Notes: generated by a model not told the origin, from the sequence alone. Shown: positions 31,129 to 43,065, counted from the first letter of the stretch. The stretch is 64,000 nucleotides of DNA from Methanobacteriota archaeon (GCA_963719035.1 CAVRAO010000008.1:64001-128000); one strand, 5' to 3'. Made by a program: numbers and translations.

Positions 31129-32211
31129 ATGGATAACGTGGAGAAAAAACAGGGGCTTAAAGCTCGCAGAGACTTAGACTTCCTCTGGGTGCAGAGGTAT
31201 CGTCCGCAATCGTTTGAAGAGATGGTGGGCCAACCTATTGTTAAGGTCCAACTAGAGCAAATTGTTGAGAGCAAGAACTTGCCCAATCTGCTCTTCAACG
31301 GCTCGGCTGGAACGGGTAAGAGTTCAGCAGCTGAAGTCGTGGCAAGAGAACTTTTCGGCGACGTTTGGGAAGGCAACTTCACAGAACTCAACGCGTCGGA
31401 CATCTTTGAACAGGGCAAGAAGTACCTTGAGGCGTCACGCAGTTTGGCGCGTTTTTACGATGCGCGAAGGGGCGTGCTTGACAACTTCAAACTGATTATG
31501 AATCGACTTGCTGGTATCGCTCCGCTAGCTACTCCATACCGAATTCTGTTTATCAACGACGCTGATGCTTTGACGCTGGACGCTCAGCAAGCGCTGCGAA
31601 GGACAATTGAACGTTACAGTCGAACCTGTAAATTTATCTTAGCCACCGAACGGCCGTCGCGAGTTATTGTTCCCATCAGATCGCGTTGTTTGCCGATGCA
31701 CTTCACGCAGCCCCCCGTAGACGTTACGCTCTCCTTCCTGCAGCATATCGCAAGTGATGAAGGTTTCACGTTATCTGATGAATTAGTTCTTGCTGTGGCA
31801 CGTCACAGTGGCGGCAATCTTCGAAAAGCGCTAACACTGCTCCAGATTGTAGCGGAAAGCAGTTCGTCTGATGCGAATTCGCTTGAGTTAGATACGCTTG
31901 CAGAACGCATGAACCCGACGGGGATTGCCGAGCTGGTGCGACTCGCATTACAAAACGATGCTCCCAAGGCCAGGCAGGTGCTTGATCGTCTCCTGCTTGA
32001 AACTGGCCTTAGCGGCGGTGAGATCCTCACCTTAATACGAGCTCACATTCGCACGATGTCGCTGCCCGAAGAGACGCTCGCGAAGCTCCTGGTGACGGTG
32101 GGCAACGCAGATTATGCACGCCTCCAAGGGCTCAACGAGAGAATTCAGCTCGAGGCGTTTATCTATAACATCGGTTATGAAGTGCCGCAGGGGACGACTA
32201 TTTCGAATTGA
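31129..32211 (+). CDS. rfcS: Replication factor C small subunit paralogue (RFC-S2-like)
   Basis: WVQRYRP, GSAGTGKS, ELNASD followed by an insertion, degenerate Walker B NDAD, AQQALRR, SRC. Confidence 0.88.
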   Translation: MDNVEKKQGLKARRDLDFLWVQRYRPQSFEEMVGQPIVKVQLEQIVESKNLPNLLFNGSAGTGKSSAAEVVARELFGDVWEGNFTELNASDIFEQGKKYLEASRSLARFYDARRGVLDNFKLIMNRLAGIAPLATPYRILFINDADALTLDAQQALRRTIERYSRTCKFILATERPSRVIVPIRSRCLPMHFTQPPVDVTLSFLQHIASDEGFTLSDELVLAVARHSGGNLRKALTLLQIVAESSSSDANSLELDTLAERMNPTGIAELVRLALQNDAPKARQVLDRLLLETGLSGGEILTLIRAHIRTMSLPEETLAKLLVTVGNADYARLQGLNERIQLEAFIYNIGYEVPQGTTISN

Positions 32212-32455
32212 CGCAATTGACTTTCGCAAGCGCCTTGTCGCGGTCCGGCACGCCGACAAACTCCACTTTCTTATCGATTAACGTAGTTGGAACGCTTCGG
32301 ATGTTATACTGACGAATATACTGCAGACCCTCAGGCGAGTAGATCTCAATGTTTTTGTAGTCAAAATCGCAGCTCTGCTGCAGTTTCTCCCAAAAGCTTT
32401 TCACCAGCGGGCATACTGGACAACCCTTGTGAGTTAGCAATAATACTTCCGTCAT
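32198..32455 (-). CDS. Thioredoxin/glutaredoxin-like protein
   Basis: CPVC, IRSVPT..ID..VEFVG; 3' end overlaps the convergent rfcS. Confidence 0.85.
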   Translation of the reverse strand: MTEVLLLTHKGCPVCPLVKSFWEKLQQSCDFDYKNIEIYSPEGLQYIRQYNIRSVPTTLIDKKVEFVGVPDRDKALAKVNCVNSK

Positions 32456-32537
32456 CGTGTACTCCCTGCCCTCTACTACGCCACTCCTGGAATATGAAAC
32501 TTTCACAAAGGAGGCGAAAGCGCTCGAGGGTGAGTAA

Positions 32538-33641
32538 TCAGTTTTTTTGGTCAACGACTCTTTTGAGAGCGTCAAGCAAATGAGCGTTTTCTGTCTTTTT
32601 CCGCACAGCTATCCGGATGTAGTCGTGCCCGGTCAATCTAAACGAGCTGCAATCTCGAATTAGATATCCATAACGTTTCATTCTCAGGGCAAATTCGCTC
32701 GAGGTGATGGCGGTCCCTGCAACGTTTACCATAACGAAATTTACGTCACTTTCAAGCGGTTCAAGCCCGGGTATCTTTGCGAGTTTCTGGACTAACCACC
32801 GTCGCTGTGCGGCGATTTTGGCTCGCGACACGTCAAGATAGGACTCGCAGTCCTTGAGCAAAGCGACGGTTAATGCCTCTGCAATCGAGTTGAGGTTCCA
32901 CGGAAGTCTTATGCTGTTTAAAACGTGCGCTAAAGAGGGGTTAGTGACGCCATAGCCCGCTCGGACCCCTGGAATTGAGAACGACTTAGTCAGCGATCGA
33001 AGGACAAAGATGTCGTCAAGTTTAGTTCCGATGATGCTGTGCAGCGGGTCGGACAGTTCTATGAAGACCTCGTCAACGAACAAGAACGTCTGAGTCTCAC
33101 GACACCGAGCAGCAATTTCGGCAACCGTTTCCTTTGTAAGTAGTTTGCCCGTAGGATTATTCGGATTGCACAAGAAAACCATCCTTATATCCTCGTCGGC
33201 CAAGGCACAGAAAAGGTCGCGCTTGAACTCGTGCTCAGCCCATAAAGGCACGATCAGAGGCTCAGCTCCGCTTAAACGGCACGCGAGCTCATACTCGCTG
33301 AACGTCGGCGCCGGAATTATCACCTTGTCGCCTCTTTCAAGAAGCGCCTGCGCACAAAGCCGGATCAATTCGACTGATCCGTTTCCAGGCACAATCGCAT
33401 CAGAGGATACCTTAAGGTATGCGCCAACCGCCTCTCGAAACCTCTTGTATGTGTGTTCGGGATATTGGTAAGCCGCCAGCGTCGCTTGCTTTATCGCAGA
33501 TTTGACCCGCGGGTGCAGATATGGGTTGAAATTTGCACTATAGTCGAGCGCGCTCGGCATTATCTCTGAGGCTTCAATGATCCTGCCGCCGTGTTCGCAG
33601 GGCGTCACACGTTTCAGGTCGTCTCGCACCGTGACTCGCAT
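32538..33641 (-). CDS. cobD: Threonine-phosphate decarboxylase CobD / HisC-like PLP enzyme
   Basis: HGG, DYSANFNP, GNGSVELI, CNPNNPTG, RSLTKSFSIPGVRAGY, IRDCSSF. Confidence 0.82.
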   Translation of the reverse strand: MRVTVRDDLKRVTPCEHGGRIIEASEIMPSALDYSANFNPYLHPRVKSAIKQATLAAYQYPEHTYKRFREAVGAYLKVSSDAIVPGNGSVELIRLCAQALLERGDKVIIPAPTFSEYELACRLSGAEPLIVPLWAEHEFKRDLFCALADEDIRMVFLCNPNNPTGKLLTKETVAEIAARCRETQTFLFVDEVFIELSDPLHSIIGTKLDDIFVLRSLTKSFSIPGVRAGYGVTNPSLAHVLNSIRLPWNLNSIAEALTVALLKDCESYLDVSRAKIAAQRRWLVQKLAKIPGLEPLESDVNFVMVNVAGTAITSSEFALRMKRYGYLIRDCSSFRLTGHDYIRIAVRKKTENAHLLDALKRVVDQKN

Positions 33642-33654
33642 AGCTGAAATGCAG

Positions 33655-34860
33655 TTACACCCGTGATTGTGTAAGTAACGGCAGGAGCTGTCTGCCGAAG
33701 AGTGTATTCAGCCGGCCCGTGTAAGCTGATTTTTCGTCAAAGTGCATTGCCTCATCTGCGGCAACTCCTGGCCCGCAGACTGCTATCGGAACGTCAGTCG
33801 TCATGTGATCGTGCGTGACGCAAGAGGTTCCATGGTCGGTTAACAACGCGAATCGGGTTTGTTCGATATCTGTACGTTCGAGCAAATAACCAAGCATCGA
33901 GTCAATTTTCTCAATTGTGATCAGTTTTCCCTCGACGTTACCATCGTGACTGGCTTCATCCGTTCCTTCGACATGAATTAGAACAATGTCGTAATCATCC
34001 AAGTTTTCGAGCGCCGTTTTGCCTTTTGCCAAGGCGTCCGTGTCATATTCGCCAGTAGCGCCAGGCACGTCTACGATGTCCATGCCGGAATACTTGCAAA
34101 CGCCCTTTATGACTGGCGCTGCTGCAACACACAGGCCTTTGCCATACTTTGCCATAGTTGGGTTCAACCCATTTATCTGCCCTACAGCCCATGGCATTAT
34201 GACATTGGCGGGCGGCCTTTGCTCAGCAATGCGCTGAACGTTGAGTGGATGATCTTTTAAGACCTCAAATGTTTTTGACATAAAGTCGTTAATCGTGTCA
34301 GTCGTGTGTCGTGCTTTGGCGCTTTCGACTAATGGTCGCGCCCAAATGCGCTTTCCGACGCCGTATTGCGTTGGCAGGTTTACGTCAACGGAAAAATCGT
34401 TATCCCGCAACACGAACGCGCCTTTGAACCCAAGGGTTTGCTTAAATTCAAAAGAAATGTGGTCCAATTCGACCGTTTCGTTGACCGTATCCTCGAGTTC
34501 CTTTGCTTCGCCTTTAATCCTCCCCGCTCTGCCGTCTATTAGCGCAAATTGGTCATTTATAGTGGCAAAGTTGACCCGGAAACCGACGTCTGCAGGGCCG
34601 AGGGCGAAGCCCGCTCCAAGTGATTCATATGCACCACGGTTTGAGGTGGCAAGGTTCACCTCCTGGCCGAGCATTACCAAGTGAGCTGCGTCACTATCAA
34701 CTTTAATGCCTGGTTTAATCGCGTAAAACTGACCTACCGAACCAGAACGCGCCACCTCATCCATATATGGTGTTTGCGCATACTCGAGCGGCGTTTTGCC
34801 CTTGAGCGCGTTAAGCGGCTCATCTGCCATTCCATCCCCAATTATTATGATCAGCTTCAC
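33655..34860 (-). CDS. apgM: 2,3-BPG-independent phosphoglycerate mutase (ApgM family)
   Basis: GDGMAD..KTPLE.A.TP.MD, SDAAHL, DEASHDG, TDH; GTG start at 34860. Confidence 0.88.
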   Translation of the reverse strand: MKLIIIIGDGMADEPLNALKGKTPLEYAQTPYMDEVARSGSVGQFYAIKPGIKVDSDAAHLVMLGQEVNLATSNRGAYESLGAGFALGPADVGFRVNFATINDQFALIDGRAGRIKGEAKELEDTVNETVELDHISFEFKQTLGFKGAFVLRDNDFSVDVNLPTQYGVGKRIWARPLVESAKARHTTDTINDFMSKTFEVLKDHPLNVQRIAEQRPPANVIMPWAVGQINGLNPTMAKYGKGLCVAAAPVIKGVCKYSGMDIVDVPGATGEYDTDALAKGKTALENLDDYDIVLIHVEGTDEASHDGNVEGKLITIEKIDSMLGYLLERTDIEQTRFALLTDHGTSCVTHDHMTTDVPIAVCGPGVAADEAMHFDEKSAYTGRLNTLFGRQLLPLLTQSRV

Positions 34861-35094
34861 ATCTAACCGGAGGGCAAAAATCAAACAAATACTTTTGCAT
34901 GCTAACGCGTGTAGCAATTCATCTTCATTCCGCGCTTCCTTGGTCCTGATGAGAACATTGACCTTCGGGCAAATGACAAAAAAGGGGGAAGGAATAGAGA
35001 TCAACGACGATGCGAGGGTTGGTTTCAGATCGACAAAAAAAACGCGTTCAGGATTAACTTAGGTTAATAATTGAGCCCCCAATCGACTTTCTGT

Positions 35095-35135
35095 AAAAAA
35101 AGGGCGGTGGCCTAAATCTGTGCCACCGTTTTTTT
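35095..35135. terminator. Hairpin flanked by A and T runs (bidirectional terminator-like)
   Basis: aaaaaaa..cggtggc-N10-gccaccg-ttttttt at the 3' end of the TOBE gene. Confidence 0.6.
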
Positions 35136-35338
35136 CACTTTTGAATCATCACTGAGGTTGATTTTACCAAGGCCGTGACTTTGTCGCCCACTTTGAGCGC
35201 GAGGTCCTCAGCAGCATCTTTTGTAATGGCCGAAACGACTTGGTTGTCGCCTACTTGTATGATGATCTCTGCCATTACGGCACCCAGTCTCACTTCTTTA
35301 ACCGTTCCAGCAAGCTTGTTACGTACGCTTATCTGCAT
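35135..35338 (-). CDS. Stand-alone TOBE/Mop molybdate-binding protein
   Basis: ISVRNKLAGTV, SAITK.A.EDL.LKVGDKV.ALVKSTSV. Confidence 0.93.
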   Translation of the reverse strand: MQISVRNKLAGTVKEVRLGAVMAEIIIQVGDNQVVSAITKDAAEDLALKVGDKVTALVKSTSVMIQK

Positions 35339-35585
35339 GTGATGTCACCATACTTCGAGTGATCTTCAAGGCAATAACGACTTCCCTAAGAAATCACCGA
35401 CGGCGCGAACGCTGGTGGAGTGTTGTGCTACATAAGAAAAACTCCAGAACCAGTGTTGGCAACTCCGTGGAAAAGCCAATATCCTTGAAGGCAGTTTATC
35501 TATGAAGCGAGCTTGTTGAGCAAGCTCAGAAGCTGCGCGACCACTGCAAATGAACTGGGCCGTGAAGTAAGCAGAGTGAAAAAAC

Positions 35586-36260
35586 ATGCTTGAACCGTTG
35601 ATTCGACAATTAGAAAGCAAAGATCCGATTATCCGGACGAAAGCTGCCGTAGCTCTCGGAAATAGCGGCGAGAAAGGCGCTGTTTTGTTTCTCGTAAAAG
35701 CACTCCACGACGAGAATAGGCACGTTCGTCGAGCCGCTTCTGCAGCTCTCGGACAAGTGTGGGATGATGACGCTGTAGTCGCCTTGTGCTCAGTTCTGAG
35801 TGACGTCGATTGGTTTGTCCGATGGAACGCTGCGCTCGCCCTAGGACAGATCGGAGATCAAAGGGCCATCGCTCCTCTTATCGGGACTTTACAAGACACC
35901 AACAGGTACGTACGCAGAAACGCCGCCGAAGCTCTCGGAAATATCAGAAGTAAGAATGCAACCAGCTCGCTTATTAAGTCGCTTCAGGATCTCGACGTCG
36001 ATGTGAGATGGAACGCAGCTGACGCATTGGGAAAACTACGCGACCGTGACGCGACTGATCCGCTTATTCGCGCGTTGAACGACCCGGATGAATTTGTTCG
36101 CGAGCGCGCTGCAGACGCGCTCGGCAGAATGGGGGATTCGCACGCGAGCGTAGCGCTACAGCACGCGCTTAAAGACATAAACGGCGACGTTCGAACGACT
36201 GCAGAAGAATCGCTCGAAAAAATCAAACGGCACTATAGCGAAGAGCAATCTTCTTCGTGA
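35586..36260 (+). CDS. HEAT/PBS-lyase repeat protein
   Basis: Repeated L.D....VR..AA.ALG units. Confidence 0.9.
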   Translation: MLEPLIRQLESKDPIIRTKAAVALGNSGEKGAVLFLVKALHDENRHVRRAASAALGQVWDDDAVVALCSVLSDVDWFVRWNAALALGQIGDQRAIAPLIGTLQDTNRYVRRNAAEALGNIRSKNATSSLIKSLQDLDVDVRWNAADALGKLRDRDATDPLIRALNDPDEFVRERAADALGRMGDSHASVALQHALKDINGDVRTTAEESLEKIKRHYSEEQSSS

Positions 36261-36343
36261 TCGTTTCAAACGAGAAAAATGTGCTAAACCCCGATTTACG
36301 CTGTTTTTAAATACGATTACGCTGTCAATTAAACAGGGAGCCC

Positions 36344-36607
36344 ATGGCAGATAGCTTCAGCACGATGGGAGAAGTGGACAGCACAGTCACAGCTATAAAG
36401 CAGATAATAGAGCGTACAAAGAAGTTGCCGCCTGTACTCGTCGCAGCTTATAGCGAGACCCTTGAATTGGCTAGCAGCGCCGTCGTTCGCCGATTTTTCG
36501 AGGGACTTGCGAGTCAATGCCCAGAAGCGTTGGAGTATTTCATCGACGTTGATACGTTAAAAAAAGCTGAGGACGAGCGGCAGACAAAACTCGAAACGAT
36601 TTCTTAA
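36344..36607 (+). CDS. Hypothetical protein (87 aa)
   Basis: GGGAG SD, ATG start, protein-like composition. Confidence 0.6.
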   Translation: MADSFSTMGEVDSTVTAIKQIIERTKKLPPVLVAAYSETLELASSAVVRRFFEGLASQCPEALEYFIDVDTLKKAEDERQTKLETIS

Positions 36608-37094
36608 AGTCTGAAGCTTTATCCACTTAATGATGCATTTTTAACACGCAACGCTAGACCGTTTTTTGGTGTCTGCACTTTTTAAGTATAGATCTGTTGG
36701 TTAATGTGAGTTGTGTCGACTCGACTTTACGGATATTCGCCCAACAAAGATTAAGAGACCTCCTCAAGTTAGGAGATTGCTTTTGACAAACTCGACAAAT
36801 GTCTTAAGGTTTTACGCTATGCTCGCGTAGCGATATAACGCGCTAGTCTTACCTGCTTCCCAATTTTGCTAGATTTAGGAAACAAACGCAATTAGTGAGC
36901 ATAACAGCGCAGAATCTCCCGTTAAGGACTGCCCGCATTGCTCGTTCAGGAAATCACTTACCAAGTTTACAACACGCAGATAAATGGTGAAATCAGTAAG
37001 GCAAAACTAATCAAGCATGAAAAGGATATTCCGTGCGTAACATATCGCTCTTGCGAGCTATGGAGGGACAATGAGCCGTTTGAGAAGTTTAGCG

Positions 37095-37260
37095 TTGGCC
37101 TTCCCGATTGGGTGGCATTTACATCCCCAAGCGCGATCTTCAGTCCGTCCCGGGTAAGATCAGTGATCGAGGTGATGTTTTTCGGGTTCCCCTTCTTCAT
37201 AGCGATAACCTGAACGTAGTAGGCCACATAGCGAGGTAGTACTGTTGAATGGTATCGATC
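37095..37260 (-). pseudogene. Internal fragment of a ModA-type binding protein gene
   Basis: VAYYVQVIAMKKGNPKNITSITDLTRDGLKIALGD, lacking both ends. Confidence 0.75.
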
Positions 37261-37299
37261 ATCGTTTCGTGAAGACCTGCTCTCTATGGGGGGAGCTCA

Positions 37300-37989
37300 T
37301 TGGCGAATGAAATCATTGACGGCATACAGCAGGCTATTCAGCTGATCGTCACCCTGAACCCAGAGGTTATGGACATAACTGCTCGGTCCCTTTACATCTC
37401 GCTCTCAGCAACTTTGGTGGCATCACTGATCGCTATTCCTGTCGGGGGATTCATCCACTTCAAGGAGTTCGGTGGAAAGAGGGGGCTGATCACCATTATC
37501 CAGACCTTGTATGCCCTCCCCACAGTGCTCGCCGGACTCCTCATCTGGCTCCTGCTCTCCCGCGCCGGCCCGTTCGGATTTTTGGGATTCCTATTCACTC
37601 CTACCGGCATGATTATTGGGCAGATCGTCCTTATCGTCCCGCTCATGATCGGAATGACTCTGATCGCCCTGTCCGGGGTGAGCCAAACCAAACAGGATAC
37701 GGTGATATCCCTCGGGGCAACCTCACTTCAGACGGTTATCACCATAGTCAAGGAAGCCCGTTTCGCCATTCTCGGCGGTATCATTCTCGGTTTCGGCAGG
37801 GCGATCTCAGAAGTCGGAGCCGCAATGATGATCGGTGGGAATATCCGTGGTTATACGCGGGTGCTGACTACTGCAATTGCCCTGGAGACCTCGATTGGCG
37901 ACCTCCCGCTCTCGATCGCGCTGGGCATCATCCTCCTGCTCCTAGCTTTGATCGTTTCTACTTTCCTCTTCCTAGTCCAGGAGCGCTGA
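37300..37989 (+). CDS. tupB: Tungstate ABC transporter permease
   Basis: LPTV..GL, LSR.GP.G, GFGRAISEVGA.MMIGGNIRGYTRVLTTAIALET. Confidence 0.9.
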   Translation: MANEIIDGIQQAIQLIVTLNPEVMDITARSLYISLSATLVASLIAIPVGGFIHFKEFGGKRGLITIIQTLYALPTVLAGLLIWLLLSRAGPFGFLGFLFTPTGMIIGQIVLIVPLMIGMTLIALSGVSQTKQDTVISLGATSLQTVITIVKEARFAILGGIILGFGRAISEVGAAMMIGGNIRGYTRVLTTAIALETSIGDLPLSIALGIILLLLALIVSTFLFLVQER

Positions 37990-37993
37990 TAGC

Positions 37994-39083
37994 GTGATCG
38001 AGTTCGACCACGTGGTCATGAACTTCGGCGAGAAAGAGGTCTTAAAAGATGTGTCGTTTTCCATCAATGACGGTGAGGTCTTCACCTTTATCGGGCCGAG
38101 CGGTTCTGGAAAGACCACTATCCTGCGCCTCATCGACATGCTGGAACGACCGAAATCGGGCAAGATACTGGTTGATGGGACTAATGTTACCAAGATCCGT
38201 GACCGGGAGAAGATCCGGGTACGGCGGAGGATGAGCATGGTCTTCCAGAAGCCCTCTCCGCTCCGTGGGTCGGTGTACGCCAATGTTGCCATGGGGCTCC
38301 GGTTCAGGAGAGTGAATCGCTGATGAGATTTCTAGGCGCGTCTCGGAATCACTGGAGCTGGTCGGACTGGAAGGGTATGAAGAGAGGAAGGCCATCACCC
38401 TTTCAGGAGGCGAGATGCAGCGGGTGGCCATCGCTAGGGCGATCACCACCAAGCCTGATATCCTCCTCCTCGATGAACCAACTGCCAACCTCGATCCGGT
38501 CTCAACTGAGACGATCGAGAGCATGATCGGGAACCTCAAGAATCGGTTAGGTATCACGGTTATCCTGTCCACCCACGATATGGTCCAGGGACAGAGGTTG
38601 GCCGACCGCATCGCCGTAGTCATCGACGGGCGAATCGGCCAGATTGGAACCTCGAAAGAGATCTTTTACCAGCCGATGAGCCATGCGGTCGCCCACATGG
38701 TCGGAGTTGAGGATATCTTAGACGGTGTCGTCACCGAAAATGAAGCGGGGCTTGCAGTCATTGATGTAAACGGCGTCCGGATCACCGCCTGCTCGGGCGC
38801 CCCCCCCGGCACCCCGGTCACCCTCTACATGCGACCTGAAGATATCACCTTGTATGAAAAAGACAGCATTCGGAGCAGTGCGCGGAATATGTTCATCGGG
38901 CGGATTACCGAAGTCGTTCCCGTCGGGCCGATGGTGCGCCTGAAGGTCGATGCCGGAATAAAGTTGACTGTGGTCATCACCCATCGATCATTCGAAGAGC
39001 TCGGTCTCGCGCTGGAGAAGGAGACAGAGCTCACCTTCAAGGCCAGTGCCATTCACGTGGTGGAACGGAAAGACACGGATTAA
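37994..39083 (+). CDS. tupC: Tungstate ABC transporter ATPase with TOBE domain (frameshift near 38320)
   Basis: GPSGSGKT in ORF 37994; LSGGEMQR, DEPTANLD, SSARN and FKASA continue in another frame. Confidence 0.85.
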
Positions 39084-39252
39084 TTCATTAATCCCTCTTT
39101 ATATGAAAAGCAATTAAAAAGTGGTCGAGCTGCTCCAGTATGCTAAACATGTCCGCGAGGCAAAATCGTGAATGAGCAAAAATCGGGAATAAACGGAACG
39201 ATCTTGCTGGCGACGGCCACAACGTCATAACTTTCCTTTTTTTCCGACTGGT

Positions 39253-40408
39253 TCAGCCGGTGTCTTGTGCCGATCTCTCCTTAATCCAGCCGGTAAGATA
39301 CGCAACGACCATTCCCACGATAAAGGCGAGCGTCATCGAGCTGACCAGTGCTAGGACACCGATAGCCACCGTCACCAGCAACGAGTCGGTTTTGAGACTG
39401 TGACGGCCCATCTCAATCCCGACAAAGACTAGGAGTGCCCCAAGAACGCCAACTGCAATGATGGAAAGCACCTGGGGAGATGTGAAAAAGAGGGCAAGGG
39501 TAAGGAAGATCAGGCCAGCATACACGTTCGCACCCCCGGTGCGGGCGCCGTACCTGTATTGGCCGGCAAGCCCTCCCGCACCGTGGCACATCGGGAACCC
39601 CCCGAACGGAACGGAGGTCAGGTTCATCAGGCCAATCGTGGTCGAGAACTTCTTTGGGGGGATATCTTTCCCGAACAAGTCTTTTGTGAGAAGGGATGTG
39701 GCCAGGATCGCATTGGCGATGGTGAGGGGCAGCTGGGGGAGGACGAGCGTGGAGAAAGCGCCCGGAAAATCCGATGGCAGGGGGATAATCAGCTGCGGAG
39801 CGGGGATCAGGCTGACGGGGGGGATGCCGGAGATCAAAATTCCTCCGATAAATCCCGCCCCGATGACGCAGAGCGAAGAGAGGTCTGGGATCGAGCGGTA
39901 CTTTACCAGTACCGATGAACAGCACGATGATCGCGATACCAATGCTAAAGAACAGCGGGTCTTTGATGATAAAACCAGCCGAAGACCGGAACAGGAGCAG
40001 GGCGAGCCCCAGCTGGATGCCCCGCACCACACTCTCCGGCACCCATCGTTCGATGATTGCGAAGAAGCGGCCGTACCCGAGGACGAGGAAGACCACGCCG
40101 AACACTAGCCCTGCAGCGGCAATCTCCCCTTTGGTGATGCCTCCCGCGATCACAATCACCGCCACGGCTTTCATCGGCTCAAGCGGGATCGGCAGCCGGT
40201 AGTAGAGGCCGGTAAGGATGAACCAGATCCCAAAGAAGAGAAGGATGTACCGGGGATCGACATCCGAGACCAGCGCAACGGCAATGATGAGCGGTATGAT
40301 CGTCCCGAAATCGCCAAACGATCCCGCCAGCTCCGAGAGACTGAATTTCAGCGGGAGTGTAGCGGTTTCGGACACGGTCGCTGATCTCCTTACGCCGATA
40401 TGACTCAA
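39253..40408 (-). CDS. MOT1-type molybdate transporter (frameshift near 39900)
   Basis: ELAGSFGDFGT, PLEPMKA, VVRGIQLGL; PQLPLTIANA, PMCHGAGGLAGQYRYGARTG. Confidence 0.85.
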
Positions 40409-40502
40409 TAATCACCTACGCTAATAAAACAGAGTATAAAGTTACGCGATTTAGCACAAATAGTTAGCTAAATCGCAAATGATCTTTCGTATAAATTATT
40501 TC

Positions 40503-40538
40503 AACTGTCTGTTCTCGTAAATCAGTTAACAGACAGTT
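40503..40538. promoter_or_regulatory. 11-bp inverted repeat between the divergent MOT1 and tupA genes
   Basis: AACTGTCTGTT-N14-AACAGACAGTT. Confidence 0.5.
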
Positions 40539-40649
40539 ATAAAACAAAAAATTAAGTTTTCTGCCAGTGGTTTCGAAAGAGCAAAACTCATTAAGCATGA
40601 AAGTGATATTTCCTGCGCAACATATCGATTGCGAGCTATGGAGGGAAAA

Positions 40650-41678
40650 ATGAAACCATTAGGTAAAATGCTGATAGTGGGCATTTTAGTCATCACTATA
40701 GCGGTGGCAGCTTCAGGCTGCACCACCTCTACCACCAGTACCAATGAACTAACGCTGGCGACCACCACGAGCCTGTATGACACCGGGCTTTTGGACTACC
40801 TCAAGCCCCTTTTTGAAAAGGAATACAACGCTACTCTCCTGATCACCTCCCAGGGAAGTGGGAAGGCGCTGGAGATCGCCAGCCGCGGGGATGCCGATGT
40901 GCTGGCAGTCCATTCCCCGGCCGCGGAGAAAGCTTTCGTGGCTAATGGCACGGGGATGAACCGCCGTTGCTTTGCCTACAACTACTTCGTTATCGTTGGT
41001 CCGAAGAGCGATCCGGCCGCGATCAATGGGACGGGCGCGGTGGCGGCGTTCCAGACGATCAACCAACTCGGCATGAATAACACCACCGGGGTGACGTTTG
41101 TTTCCCGCGGTGACCAATCGGGCACTCACACAAAGGAGCAGGATATCTGGAAGCAGGCAGGATATAACTACACCAAAGACATCCGCGGATCCGGGGCCTG
41201 GTATGTCGAGGCTGGACAAGGAATGGGCGCGACGCTGCAGCTTGCCGATCAGAAACAAGGATATACTCTTAGTGATCTGGGGACCTTCCTCGCCTATAAG
41301 GGTAACCTTACACTCGTTACGCTGGGGGTCACGAATGATCCCGCCCTGCTGAATGTGTACAGCGCTATCACCGTATACAACACGAAGTTCACTACCCAAG
41401 AGATCCAATTAGCCAACAACTTCGTGAACTTCATGATCTCCAATTCGACCCAGAAATTGATCGGCGCATACGGCGTAGAAAAGTACGGACAGCCACTGTT
41501 TTACCCGATGAACGGAAATTGCAGCAAATTTAACTGCACGTGCACCGGCCTTGCTAGTGATCTTGTGCCACCTGCGCTGAAGGCCGCCACATCGACAGCC
41601 ACTGCGAACGCGACGATGACTGGGATGGCCGTTTCGACCGCCACTGTTAGCGCGATGACGACTAAGGCGGCTGGGTAA
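40650..41678 (+). CDS. tupA: Tungstate-binding lipoprotein
   Basis: Lipobox ASGC, LATTTSLYDTGLL, FVSRGDQSGTHTKE, GQGMG, YTLSD. Confidence 0.92.
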   Translation: MKPLGKMLIVGILVITIAVAASGCTTSTTSTNELTLATTTSLYDTGLLDYLKPLFEKEYNATLLITSQGSGKALEIASRGDADVLAVHSPAAEKAFVANGTGMNRRCFAYNYFVIVGPKSDPAAINGTGAVAAFQTINQLGMNNTTGVTFVSRGDQSGTHTKEQDIWKQAGYNYTKDIRGSGAWYVEAGQGMGATLQLADQKQGYTLSDLGTFLAYKGNLTLVTLGVTNDPALLNVYSAITVYNTKFTTQEIQLANNFVNFMISNSTQKLIGAYGVEKYGQPLFYPMNGNCSKFNCTCTGLASDLVPPALKAATSTATANATMTGMAVSTATVSAMTTKAAG

Positions 41679-41996
41679 ACGATCGACACATGGAATAAAG
41701 GATATCAACCAAGACGAAAGATACGAAGAGAATAACAACAGATAAAGGGCGTTAGATTCACCTCCAACGCCAGACAGCAGATTTGTGGGTAGGAGTATTT
41801 TTGCTCTTACCCCTTTTTTTAGCTATGAACATACTAGGCGTTCCGTTTGCTTACTTCCTTGCCTCTAAAGCTTTGCAAGGAAAAGTGTTGCGGAAGCTTT
41901 TGGTGACCTTTCGTTGCAAGAAGAGCCCTCAGCGCCCTCCAATTCAAGACTTTCGCTGCATTAGTTTGAGGATAATAATTCTCAGATAGAAAAAAA

Positions 41997-43065
41997 ATGA
42001 CTACAGTTACAGTAGAAGATGCACACGCAACTTTAGGCGATTTCACGCTGCGCGACATTAACCTCAACGTGGCTAGCGGCGAGTTCTTTGTCATCTTAGG
42101 CCCTAGCGGCGCAGGGAAATCAGTCTTACTCGATCTCATCGCGGGATTTGTTTTACCGCGACGCGGGCGGGTGCTCCTCGATAATGTCGATGTTACTTTT
42201 CTGCCGACAGAGAAGCGGCATCTCGGCTACATGTTTCAAAATAATGCGCTTTTTCCAAACATGAGCGTTTACAAGAACGTCAAATTTGGCCTACGGTACG
42301 CTAGGACTACCCAACCACCAGCGCAGAACCGAGGACATGATGGAACTTAATGGGGATTGACAACCTTAGAGACCGGACACCAAGAACCTTAAGCGGTGGA
42401 GAACAGCAACGAGTTGCCCTTGCGCGGTCCTTGATTGTCGAGCCTCGCATTCTGCTTCTCGACGAGCCGCTTAGTGCTCTTGATACGCGATCACGGGATG
42501 TGCTTCGCGAAGAACTTCGAGACGTTGTCAATCAGTTCGAAATCACAGCTCTGTTCGTGACCCACGACCAGACTGAAGCTAGGTTGCTTAGCAGATCGAC
42601 TCGGGGTCATGTGCGAAGGCCAGCTTATACAAACAGGCTCAGTGCGTCAAGTGTTTGACAAGCCTAAGAACAAACGAGTTGCAGCGTTTGTAGGGATGGA
42701 GAACATTTTTGAAGGGATGGTTGTTTCTCAAGAAGGCGGAATCATTATAGCAGACATTGTGCAATGCCGCTATTGAAGCCGTCGCAGACAACAGAAAAGG
42801 TGAGAGGGTCCTTTTGGGAGTATAGACCTGAAAACGTTACAGTAATGCGCGAGCAGACAGTAAGCAGCGCACGAAATACTTCACAGGAACGATAACGCAG
42901 ATTCTATACCTCGGGCCAATTAACAAGGTCATCATTGACTGCGGTTTTCCACTCGCTGCATTATGTCACCAATACGATCTAGAGAGGCACTAAGACTCGA
43001 TAAAGGGAGCGAAGTCAGCGCTTGCTTTCAAAGCAACTGGGGTCAACGTAATGAAAAAACGATGA
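41997..43065 (+). CDS. modC: Molybdate/tungstate ABC ATPase (ModC/WtpC-like) with several frameshifts
   Basis: [29 protein letters not shown], then SSARN and FKATGV in shifted frames. Confidence 0.8.
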